NCBI GenBank assembly: GCA_965178125.1
Contig: OZ237758.1
Span: 558,001-622,000, forward strand
Reading direction: 5' to 3'
Length of the DNA: 64,000 nt
Source of the DNA: Bilabrum cf. latius
Lineage: Eukaryota
The position numbers were made by a program, and so were the translations under genes. Numbering within the stretch: the first letter of the stretch is position 1; each line of letters opens with the position of its first letter. Shown piece by piece: positions 36,770-49,241 of this stretch. The notes beneath the pieces were generated by a model. It searched no databases. It saw only the letters and a program-made list of their open reading frames with translations, and was not told the DNA's origin.

Positions 36770-39700
36770 TCACACGAACGAGTTGTCTGCGAACGCATCC
36801 ACGAACGGTTTCGACCCCACCGCAGCGGCAAGCGGGCTGTACTTCTCGTCCTCGCTCAGGTAGATCACGACCCTGCCCTCGATCCCCAGCTCGGGCACCG
36901 CCGCCTTGACCACGATCTGCCTGTCCTCGGGCTCGAGCTGCCTTGCACGCACTCCCCCAGGGGTCTGCTCCTTGTCGATCTAGTCGATCCACTGCAGCGA
37001 TGCAGGTCTCGCGTCCACGGTAACCCGGACAGCAGCTCGGGACATGCCGTGGTAGAGGCTGCGCCAGCTGGCGGCGTTCGGCTCGTGGCTGGAAGGGTCC
37101 CCGTTGGCCACACCCCACACATATGCCGGCCCCTGCTCGATCTCAAAGGTGGTGTTGTGGCTCGCCATGGAGCACTTGCAGCCATACTCGTCGACCAGCA
37201 CGGCACGAACGAGAGCGACATCAGAACCGTCTGCGTACAAAGCCTCTCCTGTGCCCGTCGTCTGCACCGGGGCGTCAAGGGTCACCCGAAGGGCAGAGGG
37301 CTTGCCTGCCGTGCACCTCACGTTGGAATCGCCGGTTCGCTTGCCAGTGTGGTCGATGGCAAAGGCCTCTAGAGTGCCAGGCTGAAAGTCGGAGATGTTG
37401 AAGGTGGCGTAACCGTACTTGCTGACGGGGCTCTGGCCCAGGGCAGTCGACTTGCTCCCTCCATTCGGGGTGACCTGAAGGTGCACACTGGGCGCCGAGG
37501 TGTACACGTGGATCTGGCTCGGTGTGTTGCCCCAGGCATCCGGTGCCCACTCCTCCACGATCTGCACTCCAAAGGTGCGGCCGGACGGGAGGACCACGGG
37601 GGAGCGCCCGGGGTCCGTTTCCGTGAGGTTGTAGAGCCACCAGGCCCTCCACCACTCTGCCTGCGGCTTGGCAAAGCCCGCGAGATCAAACTGCCCGAAG
37701 GAAGAGGAGATGTGGGGCCAGCCGCCGTCCTCGCCATAGTAGTCAGTAATAGTCTGCGTACAGAAGACAACGCGAGATAGCGAGCAAACCAGGGGTCGAA
37801 TGGTAGGCAGCATAGCACGAAAAAGGAGTTCGGCATTAGTAGACTGGAGTGTCGTACATCCGGGCATGCACCGATGCACGACACGGTGGCCACAACAACA
37901 TGACTCAAGGGACTGCCTCTGGCAGCATTCAGCTCACCCATACTCCCAGACTGCCAGACACGTAGTCGAGCTCGTACGACTTCAGCAGCGTCCTTGCGAG
38001 GCAGTCCCCATCAAATACAGGAAAGAATGCCCCGCTCGTCTCGTTCTTTGTGTTTTCTCCGCGCTGGGTAAGGCAGGAGCAGCATTCGGACGCCACCACG
38101 GCCTTGTTCGGGTACTGCTGGTGGTACTCGTCGAAAAGCTCCTGCTTCTGGTGGGAAAATCCTTGCACGTCAAGGAAGGCCCACTGCACGTCCGTGGACG
38201 CGGGGTCCATGTTGGCACTGAGTGGCCTGGTGCCGTCCAGGGCCCGCTGGGCGGACTTGAAGGCAGAGATGGTGGCAGTTGCACTGGCCATGCCAGTGAC
38301 GGCGCACTCGACCTCATTGCAGGTCGACATCACGGTAACGCTTGCGTGGCTCCTGTCCCTGCGGAGCATGGCCACCCAGTCCTCGATGAACTTGATGTCG
38401 TAGTCTCTCTGCTCGTCCCATGTGAGCACACCCAGCCTGTCTAGCACGTCCAGCTGGACGGGATCCGGGGGGTTGTGGCTCTGCCGACGGAACTGCGCAC
38501 CCGTGGATCGCAGCGACTGCATCTGGTACAGGTGCACTCTGGCCGACATTGCCGTGCCAAGCCCGCCAAAATCGTTGTGGTTGGAGAACCCCCTCAGCTC
38601 CACGCGCTCCCCATTCAGCATGAAGCCGGCCCCGGGCCACTCGATCGATCGGAACCCGATGGTCTGCGTCAGCTGGTCGCACACCGGCCCGCTCGCAGAG
38701 CCTTGGTGCACGGTCGATCGCAGCAAGTACAGGTTGGGTTCGCGCACGGACCACGACTTGACCGCACCGCCCTGGATCTCCATGCCGTCACCAGGCAGAG
38801 AGATCGACTTGCTATCTCCTGGAGCCATGGTGACTGCATCGGAAGCGGCGCTGGCGATGGGATCGCCTTCGGGGATGGCCATAGTACCGTTGAAGGGGAA
38901 AAGCTCATGCACCACGACGACAGAGTTGTCCGCAATCGGTGCCAGGGAGCTGATTCTTCCCGTAGGGTCCGCAGCTCGCGGGCCCGTCTGGTCCAGGTTG
39001 ACGAGGCTGGTCGTGTTGAAGTTCACGTCTGCCTTGACCTGCACCTTGAAGGACCTGCCCGTCCCAGGGTTCACGTTGGTGTCGGGGAACACCGCGCCTG
39101 TGCCGATGGCGTCAAAGCTGAAGGGGCCCTTGGCGCGGATGAGGTGGACGTCCCTGTAGATACCTGCTCCGCTGTACCAGCTGCGATGATAAGGAAGAGG
39201 GGGAGCAAGGGCAAACAAGCGGTCAGACACGGAGCTGCTGTAGGTCAGCCGCATTGTTGAGTGCTGCATGAAAGGCGAGGCGGGGGCTGGCCAAACAGAC
39301 CACGACTCGCGGGTGCAGGAAGCATTAGCTGGTACCAGCCACACGCACACACGCCCCGTTCGATTCCTTACTGTTCCGAGCCAAAGGTGGCATCTGCTCG
39401 CACCGAGATCACGTTGGTTGAATCCGCACCGAACCGCACGAGGCCAGGCTAGACGGCATCCGCCGCGGCGCCGGACAGCGGAACCACCACGGGCACGTAC
39501 CCGGAGCCATAACGACCCATGTACTATCCGTTGAGCCACACCTGGGCCACGTGCTCGATTCCCTCGAAGCGCAGGTACACCACAGAGCCGTCGTTCCATT
39601 CCTGAGGCAGGCTGAAGTGCTTCCTATACCAGGTCACGTTGCGGTTGAAGTACCCGCGGGATTCGTCGTTCGATGCGGCGTACGGATCGCGGATCATACC

Positions 39701-40231
39701 GTCGTGCGGCGCGTCGATCAGCTCCCACGAGGAATCGTCCGTGCTCGGGTCAGCGAACTTGTACTCGGTCTGGCAGGGCGGCGCGTCATCGCGCTCGCTG
39801 CCGTGGGTGAACAGATGCGAGTCTTTCGTCTGGACGCACTCGGCGTTCTTGTCGAACGTCAAATAGCAGCCTCCAGGCGTGTTGTCGACGGACCACCAGT
39901 GGCCCCAGCTCCACTTGTAGCAGCCCTCGAAATAGCAGCAGGCAAGCTCGCACCCAGATGGATCCTCGCGTCCCATGTCGGTGAAGATGGAGCCTGTGCA
40001 GTTGAGTCCGCTCAGATTTCGGCCAGAAAACTGGCATGGCTAAGCATCAGGGGAATCCCCAAGGTGGAAACGCCATCCATAGTTGAAAGACACGTCGGAT
40101 CTGCTGCTGGCCTCGGAGACGGATTCTGCGAGCAAATCGGCATCGATTTGTCCATCTGTGGGGGCATCAATGGCTGCAGCAGATAGCTGCATACATGATG
40201 CAGCTGCTGTAACGATCAAGACAATATGCAT
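36770..40231 (-). CDS. Secreted glycoside hydrolase family 2 (beta-galactosidase-like)
   Basis: Signal-peptide-like start, FNYGWRFHLG, WYRKHF, LRFEG, VWLNG*Y, H|WYSGAGIYRDV, GFRSI, LRGFSNH, RQSHNP, CNE acid/base motif, SEC nucleophile region, W|TITDYYGE, GVANGDP. Introns 39181-39371 and 37754-37937. TAGs at 40040, 39524, 39449, 36980; stop TGA 36770. Confidence 0.93.
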
Positions 40232-40395
40232 TGCCGTGAATGTCGAGTAATGTAGCAGTTGCCGTAGGCGCTCTAGAGGCTGCTGCTCTGGTATATTGAT
40301 GGAGTTGCGTGTATTTAGAGACACACTCATCACACTTGCAGCCACGCGGCGAGGTGATGTCGCCTCCGCAGCGCATCAGCAAACAAATAATTACT

Positions 40396-42007
40396 ATGGC
40401 CGCTGTAGCAGGCAGTGCAGTAAGCGCAGTATCTAGTCTGAGCTCTTTTCGAGAAGCGGTTGCGAAAGGATCTACGACTGGACATGGGGTTATCCTGTTC
40501 TGGGCAGACTACCACGCTGCATCTCGCCCCGGGGGCACCCTAAACTAGCTGATCGACGCACTTGCGGCTGCGAACCCCTCCATTGCATTTGCACGATGTG
40601 ATAGCGAGGCAGCAGATGACGATATCCTGGACGAGTGCGACGTGGAAGTGGTCCCGACTACCGCATTCTTCGCTGGTGGTCGCCTGGTTTCAAAAGTTAC
40701 CGGCAGTGACGCCAAGCAGGTCGCATCAGAAGTTGAGAAACTCAAATCGGTTGCGCCATCAGGCGCTTCCTCCGCGGCGTTGAGCTCTTCTGCCTCGCCC
40801 TCGAAGCCTACTTCGGTTGTTGCCGAGCTGTCGCCTGCCCTGCGTACTCGGCTCAGGGCCCTGACGACTCAAGCTCGAGTAGTTTTGTTCATGAAAGGTA
40901 CACCAGACAAGCCGCGGTGCAAGTTTTCTCGCGCCATGATCGAGTTGCTCGCTTCGAACGGCGTCAATCCGCCTGCCTTCGCCACCTTCGACATCCTGTC
41001 TGACGAGTAGGTGAGGGCGGGTCTCAAGATTTTCAGCGGGAAACCCACGTTTCCCCAGTTGTATGTGGAAGGAAAACTGCTCGGTGGGCTTGACGACACC
41101 AAGGCTCTGGCAGCCAAGGGCCCCTTGTCCGAGCAGCTGCTCAAGTCGCCGGGCGCACTCGCAGCAGGGGGGCCGCCCGCCGCTGCTACCCCGAGCACCG
41201 GCGACGCGATGGCCCGTTGTGCTGCACTGGTAAAGAGGAGCAAGGTCATGCTGTTCATGAAAGGCAACCCAGACGCGCCCCGGTGCGGTTTCAGCAGAAC
41301 CGCCGTGGAGATGCTGCGGGGCGCAAGCATCGATTTCGATTCGTTCGATATTTTGGAGGACGAGGCAGTGAGGCAGGGTCTGAAGGAGTTCAGCAAGTGG
41401 CCTACGTATCCCCAGCTGTACGTGAAAGGCAAGCTGATCGGCGGGCTGGACGTGCTGAAAGAGATGGTGAGTCTGCATGCAAGAAGGTGCGGTGACGCGC
41501 CACGGTAGCCATCCGCCCCCACCCATTTTTTGGCCCTGGGTTCTGTGCTTTTGGTTCCTACAACATGCGCACGTGTTCTTGCGCGCGAAGATCTCTGCTC
41601 GACCGCAACCCCCTTTTCCACACCCCTTCCTCTATTCTGGCTCGCAGGCCGAGGAGGACGAGCCTCTGAGCGAGCAGCTCGGGATCGGGCCAGAGTCGCC
41701 TGAGGATCTCAAAAAAAGGCTCGCTTCCCTGGTAAAGAGGAGCAAGGTCATGCTGTTCATGAAAGGCAACCCAGACGCGCCCCGGTGCGGCTTCAGCAGA
41801 ACTGCTGTGGAGATGCTGCGGGGGGCAAGCATCGATTTCGATTCGTTCGATATTTTGGAGGACGAGGCGGTGAGGCAGGGTCTGAAGGAGTTCAGCAAGT
41901 GGCCTACGTATCCCCAGCTGTACGTGAATGGGTCCCTGGTCGGTGGGCTGGATGTGCTCAAGGAGCTCGAGGAGGACGGAGAGCTCGACGAGGCGCTCCA
42001 GGGCTGA
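40396..42007 (+). CDS. Multidomain monothiol glutaredoxin (Trx-like + 3 Grx domains; GLRX3/GRXS17 type)
   Basis: N-terminal Trx-like domain (VILFWADY...[10 protein letters not shown]), then three LFMKG-x-P-x-x-P-x-C(K/G)FS...PT(F/Y)PQLYV.G.L.GG domains. TAG at 40546 and 41008; intron 41467-41647; stop TGA 42005-42007. Confidence 0.93.
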
Positions 42008-42196
42008 TGCTACAGCAGCTTGAGTTGATTGCCTCTCAATGCCCTACATCTTTACATGATTCAGACCACTAATCCGTGCAGATGATCACATCCGGATCGA
42101 TGCCACTGGGCTCTCGATTTTTGCTCGCTGCGGGTTCGTTGTTGGGGTGCTGCACATCTAAATCACACCAAGCGTCGCCTTATAGAAAATGACACT

Positions 42197-42721
42197 TTAT
42201 TGAATCAATTCACTTGCAGCCCAGTCCTCATATGACCCGTCGGGAAGGTACCTTCGTACAATAATTGGCATTTTGTTTTCTCGCAGCTCCTTCATTGCGA
42301 TCCGAAGCGGGTCTGTCTCGCCCTCAACATCCACCATGGGAGGTGCATTCATACTGCGGTTGTATTGAAGTGCAACCCAAGGAGCCAGTAAATGCATGCA
42401 TGCGAACAGGTTGGCTTGAAAACGGAGTTGCGGTGCTCACCTGATCTGCAATGCCCTCGTCCCCAATATTCTGGCTTTCTCGTACTTGGTCATGTACCTT
42501 GTTGTTGTCCTTCGGCTATCACCAACTCCAAGGCCCTTTCCTGCCACACCAGGAGCTTCTCCAGTTTCGACTACGGTGTGGTCAACAGTATCATCAACCA
42601 TATCGGCGGCTCCAGTCTGCAGTTCCAGGAGCGACAAGGATCAAACTAGTAGCTTGCGTAAACTACAAACAAATTTTATTGAGACTGCCAGTTCATCACT
42701 CACTCCACCAGCAGCTGCCAT
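42197..42721 (-). CDS. RPB6: RNA polymerases I/II/III shared subunit RPABC2
   Basis: [26 protein letters not shown]...[12 protein letters not shown]...[14 protein letters not shown]. Exons 42704-42721, 42441-42616 and 42197-42353; stop TAA. Confidence 0.96.
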
Positions 42722-42819
42722 GGCTATTCAAATGGCTTACCGATTCTCGTTCGGCGCCGCGCAACAGCAGCGATTGCGGAACCGATGACTTGGTGCTCCG
42801 CTCTCCGGCAATCTCCTAC

Positions 42820-45246
42820 ATGCTGGCACATGCTAGTGCAATGTAGACAGATTTATCGTGTCTGGAGATACATCTTGATAAAATGTACGCGAGGAGTTGC
42901 AGCAGGTAGCGTGGGATGGACCTATTCCGGCTGAGACGATCGGTGAGACAAGAACATCACAACAAACGGCCATGGTGCAGCTCGCAACGAATATTGTGCA
43001 CGACTACTAAGATAAACGCCCCGCAGCTCGTTAAATTTGACAAGAACAAGTTTAAACGCTTTGCTTTTCTGGATCGGAGAGGTCGACGTATCAAACGACA
43101 CGACGAATTTGGTCATTTGGTTTCAGAGATTGTGATAGATGGTGCTGTACACTGCAGAAGCCCAAGGCGGAGGGGCAGATGCAACGATCGTCAAAGTGAT
43201 CAAAGTAGAGTCAGTGCACAACGCGACGGCGCATTTGACCACGTTTCATGCAAAGGCCAGCATAGAGTGACACCCCCGGGCCGCAGAACATGCGATCGTC
43301 CAGCAATAGGCGAAACCAGTCACACTGAGATGGGGAATGCGCATCACGATGGTCTCCCTCGAATGGGATCAGCGCGATCTGATGCGAACAGGGGTCACTC
43401 TTCGGGAGACAGACGCACTTTCAATCGGCTTGGCACTTCACCGCAGTTGAGCCGAGCGAGAGACGCTCCAGGAGGCTCAATCACCCCATCGTACTAGCAA
43501 GTGTCACCATGCACGCCTTTGCTCAGCTAGGCAGACTCGTATCTCGCAAGGCTGCGGGCTAGCCGGCAGTCCCCAATCGTACAAATAATCACCGATTCGC
43601 ATCGAAAGGCCCAGGAACGTTCTTGGACAGACGAGCTGCAACTACTGGCAGCTGCAAGCTACGCACCGACACGAAATAGAGAATGGAACATCATGTCGCC
43701 CGGGCCAGCTCCACCATCGGGCTCTGCACTGTCCAAATGGGGGTCCACTCCGCCACTAGCGGGTGCTCCTACTGGCATGGGACATCAGCCCACTGCCAGT
43801 GGCAGGGCAATCTCTCGGTTTGCACTCGGCATGGACGAGGTGCGCGACGTGCGATCCAGGTTGGCCGCAGCGGCGGCCAGGCGCAAGCAACAGCACCTCG
43901 CGCCTACCACCGCGGTGCATAGTGCTCAATCTCCCCGTACAGTCGTGTCCGTGTCGGGTACAGGAAGGCAGCCGATGTCTCTGGACCGCAGGACGGTCGT
44001 CAGCGAGATTGCGTCTCCCCTCACCGTCCCAGGGGTGACGAAGGACCACGCAGGCGAAACAGCACAATCATGGGGGTCTAGAAGTAGCCGCGCAGGGTCA
44101 AGAAACGCGCACACAGGAGCCAAGTCTCCCGCGAGTGAAGCCGAGCTGCAGGCGCGGGCCTCGCTGCAGTCGGCATTGGATGACTTCGAATCCAACGGAC
44201 TCACATCCGCCCTCGCGTCACCAACAGCACCAAACGAGCCGCCAGCGCTATTTGGAGGTGCATTCACACTACCCCCAGACAACACTTACCATGACCTGCG
44301 CCGGCGTGCCGCTGTAACGTCGCCAATGGGAAGACAAGGCAGTCTCTCGGGCAGCCCTGCTCAAGTCGCCGCGGTCAAAGTATCCCACAGCAGCTCATCT
44401 CAAAGGAGCACAGCTGGGACACAGTCTTTGCAAGTTGGGCTCCTTGGAGTGCGCTCCGGCGCTGCTGGGGCAGATGGGGCTGGAATTCGGCAAAACCACG
44501 GGCGAGCGATGACGGCAGGCCAGCAAGCTCGTGCTGGGCTCGTTGTTGGTGCGATGCCCCCGATAGCTTCGAGGTGCAGGGGGTCACCTGAGATGCTTCG
44601 CGCACCTGCAGAGACTGGAGCTGCATCGGCCATCGTGCAAGCCGGCAGCCCGCACAACCTTGCCTAGGGCCTGACGTGGACGGCTTCCAGCGGTCTGACC
44701 GTCCAGACCACTCTTGCCGCCAAGCCTGTGCTCGCCCCCAAAACGCCTCTCGACCCGATTGTTACACATCATCAAGATAGAGTGACGATTTAGGGAATGG
44801 CCAAGCACAGAGCGCGAGCGGTCAGTGCGATGCAGTCCACGAATGGTACCGCCGGCGCATCCACATCCAAGGCTGAAGGAGACGGCGCCAGCACCAGCGA
44901 CACCGGTACCAAGAGAGGTTCGGCGAATATCTCTCGCCAAATGATGGACCCTCTTGATGGTGTCTTGATCACTGTCACAGTAGTTTAGGACAGGATACAG
45001 GGGGCGCGGGTGTCTGCGGTGCAGGCCGCCACTGGGCTGTCTGCCAGTGTGGTGCTTGGACACAGGTAGGTCTCTAAGGCATCAGCGACGGCTGCAGGCG
45101 TGCAAGGGACCCACCTGACCAAGATTGTTGCCCAGCAGGTGGCAAGTGAGCTGTTTGATGCGGTATCGGTGCGGGTGGACGAAGGCATGCTGGCAGCCGT
45201 GGTGGTGGCAGGCTCGTGGCATGGCGAGCCAAGGACTGAAGCGTGA
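42820..45246 (+). CDS. Hypothetical Ser/Ala-rich protein (~800 aa)
   Basis: ORFs 42916..43497, 43693..44667 and 44797..44988 are one frame broken only by TAG, ending at TGA 45244-45246. Start could be ATG 42820, 42883 or 42916. No domain recognised. Confidence 0.6.
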
Positions 45247-45600
45247 TCCAAACTGGCTGCACACGCCTAGTTGAAATGCCACCAATGACTATGTCCTAGT
45301 CCAACACGCATTGCACAAACTTTGGTGAACACCAGCTGAGGACTAGCCTGCCCTGTTGCATTCGGCGCTACCCCTAGCTTCTTGCCGTCTTGCGGGACGC
45401 CGCTGTGGCTAATACTAGCAATGCCGATCGCAAGGCAAAGCTTCAAGGGAAGTCCGCCGCAGGTCTCCGACTGCCATCGGACGACAAGGCCAGCAAAGCA
45501 GCAGCAGCAGCATCCACTGAAGCAGCTGCCTCGTCAAGCGCGCCCCCCTCGTCACCCTTGCCAGCTACCGCAGCACCACCCGCCCCTGCATCGGGTGTAG

Positions 45601-46215
45601 CAGCCCCAATATCCATCCGAAATACGATGCGAGACTCCCCTGCTGCTCGCCTGTGATCTCGCGGCGCCGGCTGCCTGCGTAGAGCCTCTGCTCGACACCA
45701 TCGGACGCCTCCTGTCGCACTCGTCACAGGGTCTCCCGTTCGGAGCAGACCTCGTATCTGGAGCTTTGGCATCCAGCAAGCCGACAAGTCTCGGAGCACC
45801 GGCTGCTCCCCAGGACGGCGCTGCCAGCGGTTCTGGCGCTGGCGGTGGCGCCGAGTCTGCTGGGGTGGGCGGGGCTGGGCCCAGGACAGGGTGCCAAGCC
45901 ACAGCAGCAGAAGCAGAAGCTGAAGCAGAAGCAGAAGATCAGGGGGCAGGAGCCCTCTCCACGGAGAAAGGAATGCCTGGGTTTGACCACCTCCCTGTGG
46001 TCAGACCTCCGGATCTTACGGGCGACCGCGACCCCTCCTGCAAGCTCCTGTACCTGCTGCAATCCAGGGAGCGCGAGTTCACTCCGCCGCTGCTCGCAGG
46101 TCTGGCCAGGAGGGGCTACCACATGGCCAGCATCTCGCAGGAGATGTGGCACCCTGAGTATCGTGCTGACAGGATTGTGTTCCTTCGGGTGACGGCGCCT
46201 GGTGCAGACCAATGA
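45601..46215 (+). pseudogene. C-terminal half of a METTL21/family-16 lysine methyltransferase-like sequence, apparently truncated or frameshifted
   Basis: LLLACDL...VEPLLDTIGRLL and QSRERE...WHPEYRADRIVFLRV recall the C-terminal half of METTL21-type enzymes (from memory). No SAM-binding motif I was found upstream in frame. Stop TGA 46213-46215. Confidence 0.35.
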
Positions 46216-46331
46216 TGTGCTTGCGGCATCGATCTGGACACATCAATTGTACCTCGAGCGCGTGTATGGCGCCCGCCTTCTCCGGGAGTTTCGAATCAAG
46301 CAGCCCACATCATGAAGCTGACCCAGCCGCT

Positions 46332-48122
46332 TCAATGCAGTCGTGACATGTGCGTCTTGAGATTACCTGCCTCCCCGAAGCGCTTGCCGCACACCATGCA
46401 CTCGTGCTTGCGCTCCCCCAGATGCACGGTCCTGGTGTGCGTCTTGAGATGGCTTGCCAACCCGAAGCGCTTGTGACACACGCTGCACTCGTGCTTGCGC
46501 TCCCCAAAATGCACTGTGCTCATGTGCGTCTTGAGATGGCCTTTGTGCCCGAAGCGCTTATGACATACCATGCACTCGTGCTTGCGCTCCCCAAAATGCA
46601 CTGTGCTCATGTGCTTCTTGAGATCATCTGCCCGCCCAAAGCGCTTGTGACACACGCTGCACTCGTGCTTGCGCTCCCCCAGATGCACGGTCCTGATGTG
46701 ATTCTTGAGATTTTCTGCCCGCCCGAAGCGCTTGTGGCACACGCTGCACTCGTGCTTGCGCTCCCCAAGATGCACTGTGCTCATGTGCGTCTTGAGATGG
46801 CCTGCCACCCCGAAGCGCTTCCCGCACACGCTGCACTCGTGCTTGCGCTCCCCAAAATGCACCACAGTCATGTGCCTCTTGAGATTGCCTGCCAGCCCGA
46901 AGCGCTTGTGACACACGCTGCACTCGTGCTTGCGCTCCCCAAAATGTACTGTGCTCATGTGCTTCCTGAGATCATCTGACCACCCAAAGCGCCTGTGACA
47001 CACCATGCACTCGTGCTTGCGCTCTCCCAGATGCACGGTCCTCAGGTGCTTCTTTAGACTGCCTGCCTGCCCGAAGCGCTTGCCGCACTCGCTGCACTCG
47101 TGCTTGCGCTCCCCCAGATGCACTGTGCTCATGTGTGTCTTGAGATTTTCTGCCCGCCCGAAGCGCTTGTGACACACGCTGCACTCGTGCTTGCGCTCCC
47201 CAAAATGCACTGTGCTCATGTGCTTCTTGAGATCATCTGCCCGCCCAAAGCGCTTGTGACACACGCTGCACTCGTGATTGCGCTCCCCCAAATGCACTGT
47301 GCTCATGTGCGTCTTGAGATTTTCTGCCCGCCCGAAGCGCTTGTGACACACGCTGCACTCGTGCTTGCGCTCTCCTAGATGCACTGTGCTCATGTGCGTC
47401 TTGAGATGGCCTTTATGCCCGAAGCACTTGCCGCACACGCTGCACTCGTGCTTGCGCTCCCCCAGATGCACTGTGCTCATGTGCCTCTTTAGACTGCCTG
47501 CCAGCCCGAAGCGCTTGCCGCACACGCTACACTCGTGCTTGCGCTCCCCCAGATGCACCACTGTAACGTGCTTCCTCAAGCTGCTCATCCTGCTCAGCAC
47601 CTTCCCGCACACCTCACATCGATGCCCCTCCTTCTCCTCTTCCCCATCCCGACCGGCCTCCCCCCGCCGCCTCTTCAACGCCCCTCCAGCGCTGCTCACT
47701 GCTGAGCCATCGTCATCCTCATGGTTCCTGCCCCGCTTCTGGCCGATGGACGCAGGTGCGCAATCGGTAGCACCAGCACCTGCAGAGCTTGGCATGCTGA
47801 CCAGGCCCGCCATAGATGGTGATGATGATGACAATGAGCTGCCACCCCATGATGCGACGCCCACACCGCTGCTCCATGAAGCAGACGCCTCCCTGCCGGT
47901 GGGCTGCACCCCTGCTGCATTCGGCGCTACCCCCAGCTTCTCGCCGCCTTGCGGCACGCCGCTGTGGATCATGCTGGTGATACCAATCGATGATGACTAT
48001 GCACTGCCCAAGGGTCTTTCCTCATCGCTGTCATCGTCGCTGCTGCTGGATTCGCTCACAAGATCCACGTAGTCGGAATCGATGCTGGCAGGCTTCACGT
48101 CCATAGAGCCCGTCTGATCCAT
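46332..48122 (-). CDS. C2H2 zinc-finger protein with 15 tandem fingers
   Basis: 15 units of C-x2-C-x12-H-x4-H with (L/F)GERKHE linkers (the terminal finger has H-x4-H then stop). The acidic N-terminus is joined through TAG 47997, with basic NLS-like KRGR...KRRR. ATG 48122; stop TGA 46332. Confidence 0.95.
46335..47624 (-). repeat. 87-bp coding minisatellite (zinc-finger array), 15 units
   Basis: Near-identical DNA units; e.g. 'gcactcgtgcttgcgctcccc' recurs every 87 nt. Confidence 0.95.
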
Positions 48123-49241
48123 ATGCAGACACTTCGCAGTATGCAGCTCGCCAGGGAAATACGCGGGGACTGGTATGGCTATCAGACACAGATTGCAATC
48201 AGAAGTTCGCACGCGGCTGAGAGAAGGTTACCAGCAGGTCACGACCTCCAGGTGAATGACAACAAAAGCAGTGAATGCAAACCTTCCAAATGCTAACAGG
48301 CCACAAGAGCCAGAGTCTCAATTTGCGAGCAATCCGTTGAGAAAGACTTGCTGTCTTCGTCTTCGAAATTGGGAAACAAACGAAACGCTTCTCATCACAC
48401 GCGCGCCTACCATGCCAGCGACACAATCACCAACAATACCACTGCAACGTGCTGCACAAGCTCCCCGTCAACCCCTGTCACGTCGCACAGGGCCCCAATC
48501 CCACCCCTCACCGCCATCCTGCCGCCCCGCACCACCGCCCTCAAGGCCCCAAACAGCCCCGCGCCTGCCCCCCTCGCAGCACCCACCCCCACCAAGCCCT
48601 GCTGCCGCCCCAGCACCTGCTGCACAATGCCGCCCAGCACTCCACCTGCCGCTCCGCTCGACTCGGCCCGCATCCCCGCCAGTCTCCTCTGCGCCTGCAG
48701 CCGGGCCCATGTCCGCAGCAGGTTCGGCCGACCCGCCAGCGCGAGCTCTGGGTATGCGTCCAGCCGGAGTACCGGAAGCCCCGCGGCGATCCGCCACCAC
48801 AGGTCCCAGTCAGCGCTGCCGTCCTCTTGCCGCCCCTGCGGTAGCGCCTGCTCCTTCTCCTTCTCCTCCTCGCCCTCGAATGCCACAGCCCCTGCACTCG
48901 CCTCCATCCCAGCCCTACCAATGGGGTCACCACTGATACTTGAAGTGCTTGCTGCACTGCCCGCGTGCATCCCAGCGGCGGGGTTGAACCGCATCGACAC
49001 ACGCCTGAATGCATCATCAATGGCACGACCCGGTTCATCTGGAGCTTTAGCATCCAGCAAGCCGACAAGTCTCGGAGCATCGGCTGCTTCCCAGGACGGC
49101 GCTGCCAGCGGTTCTGGCGCTGGCGGTTGCTGTAACGCCGGGTCTGCTGGGGTGGGTGGGGCTGGGCCCAGGACAGGGTGCCAAGCTAGAGCAGCAGAAG
49201 CAGAAGCAGAAGCACAAAATACGGGAGCAAGGGTATTTGAG

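Noticed and set aside
46335-47624. CRISPR-like repeat-spacer array
   Set aside because: The 87-bp units are in-frame zinc-finger codons, the variable parts are only a few codons, and there are no cas genes.
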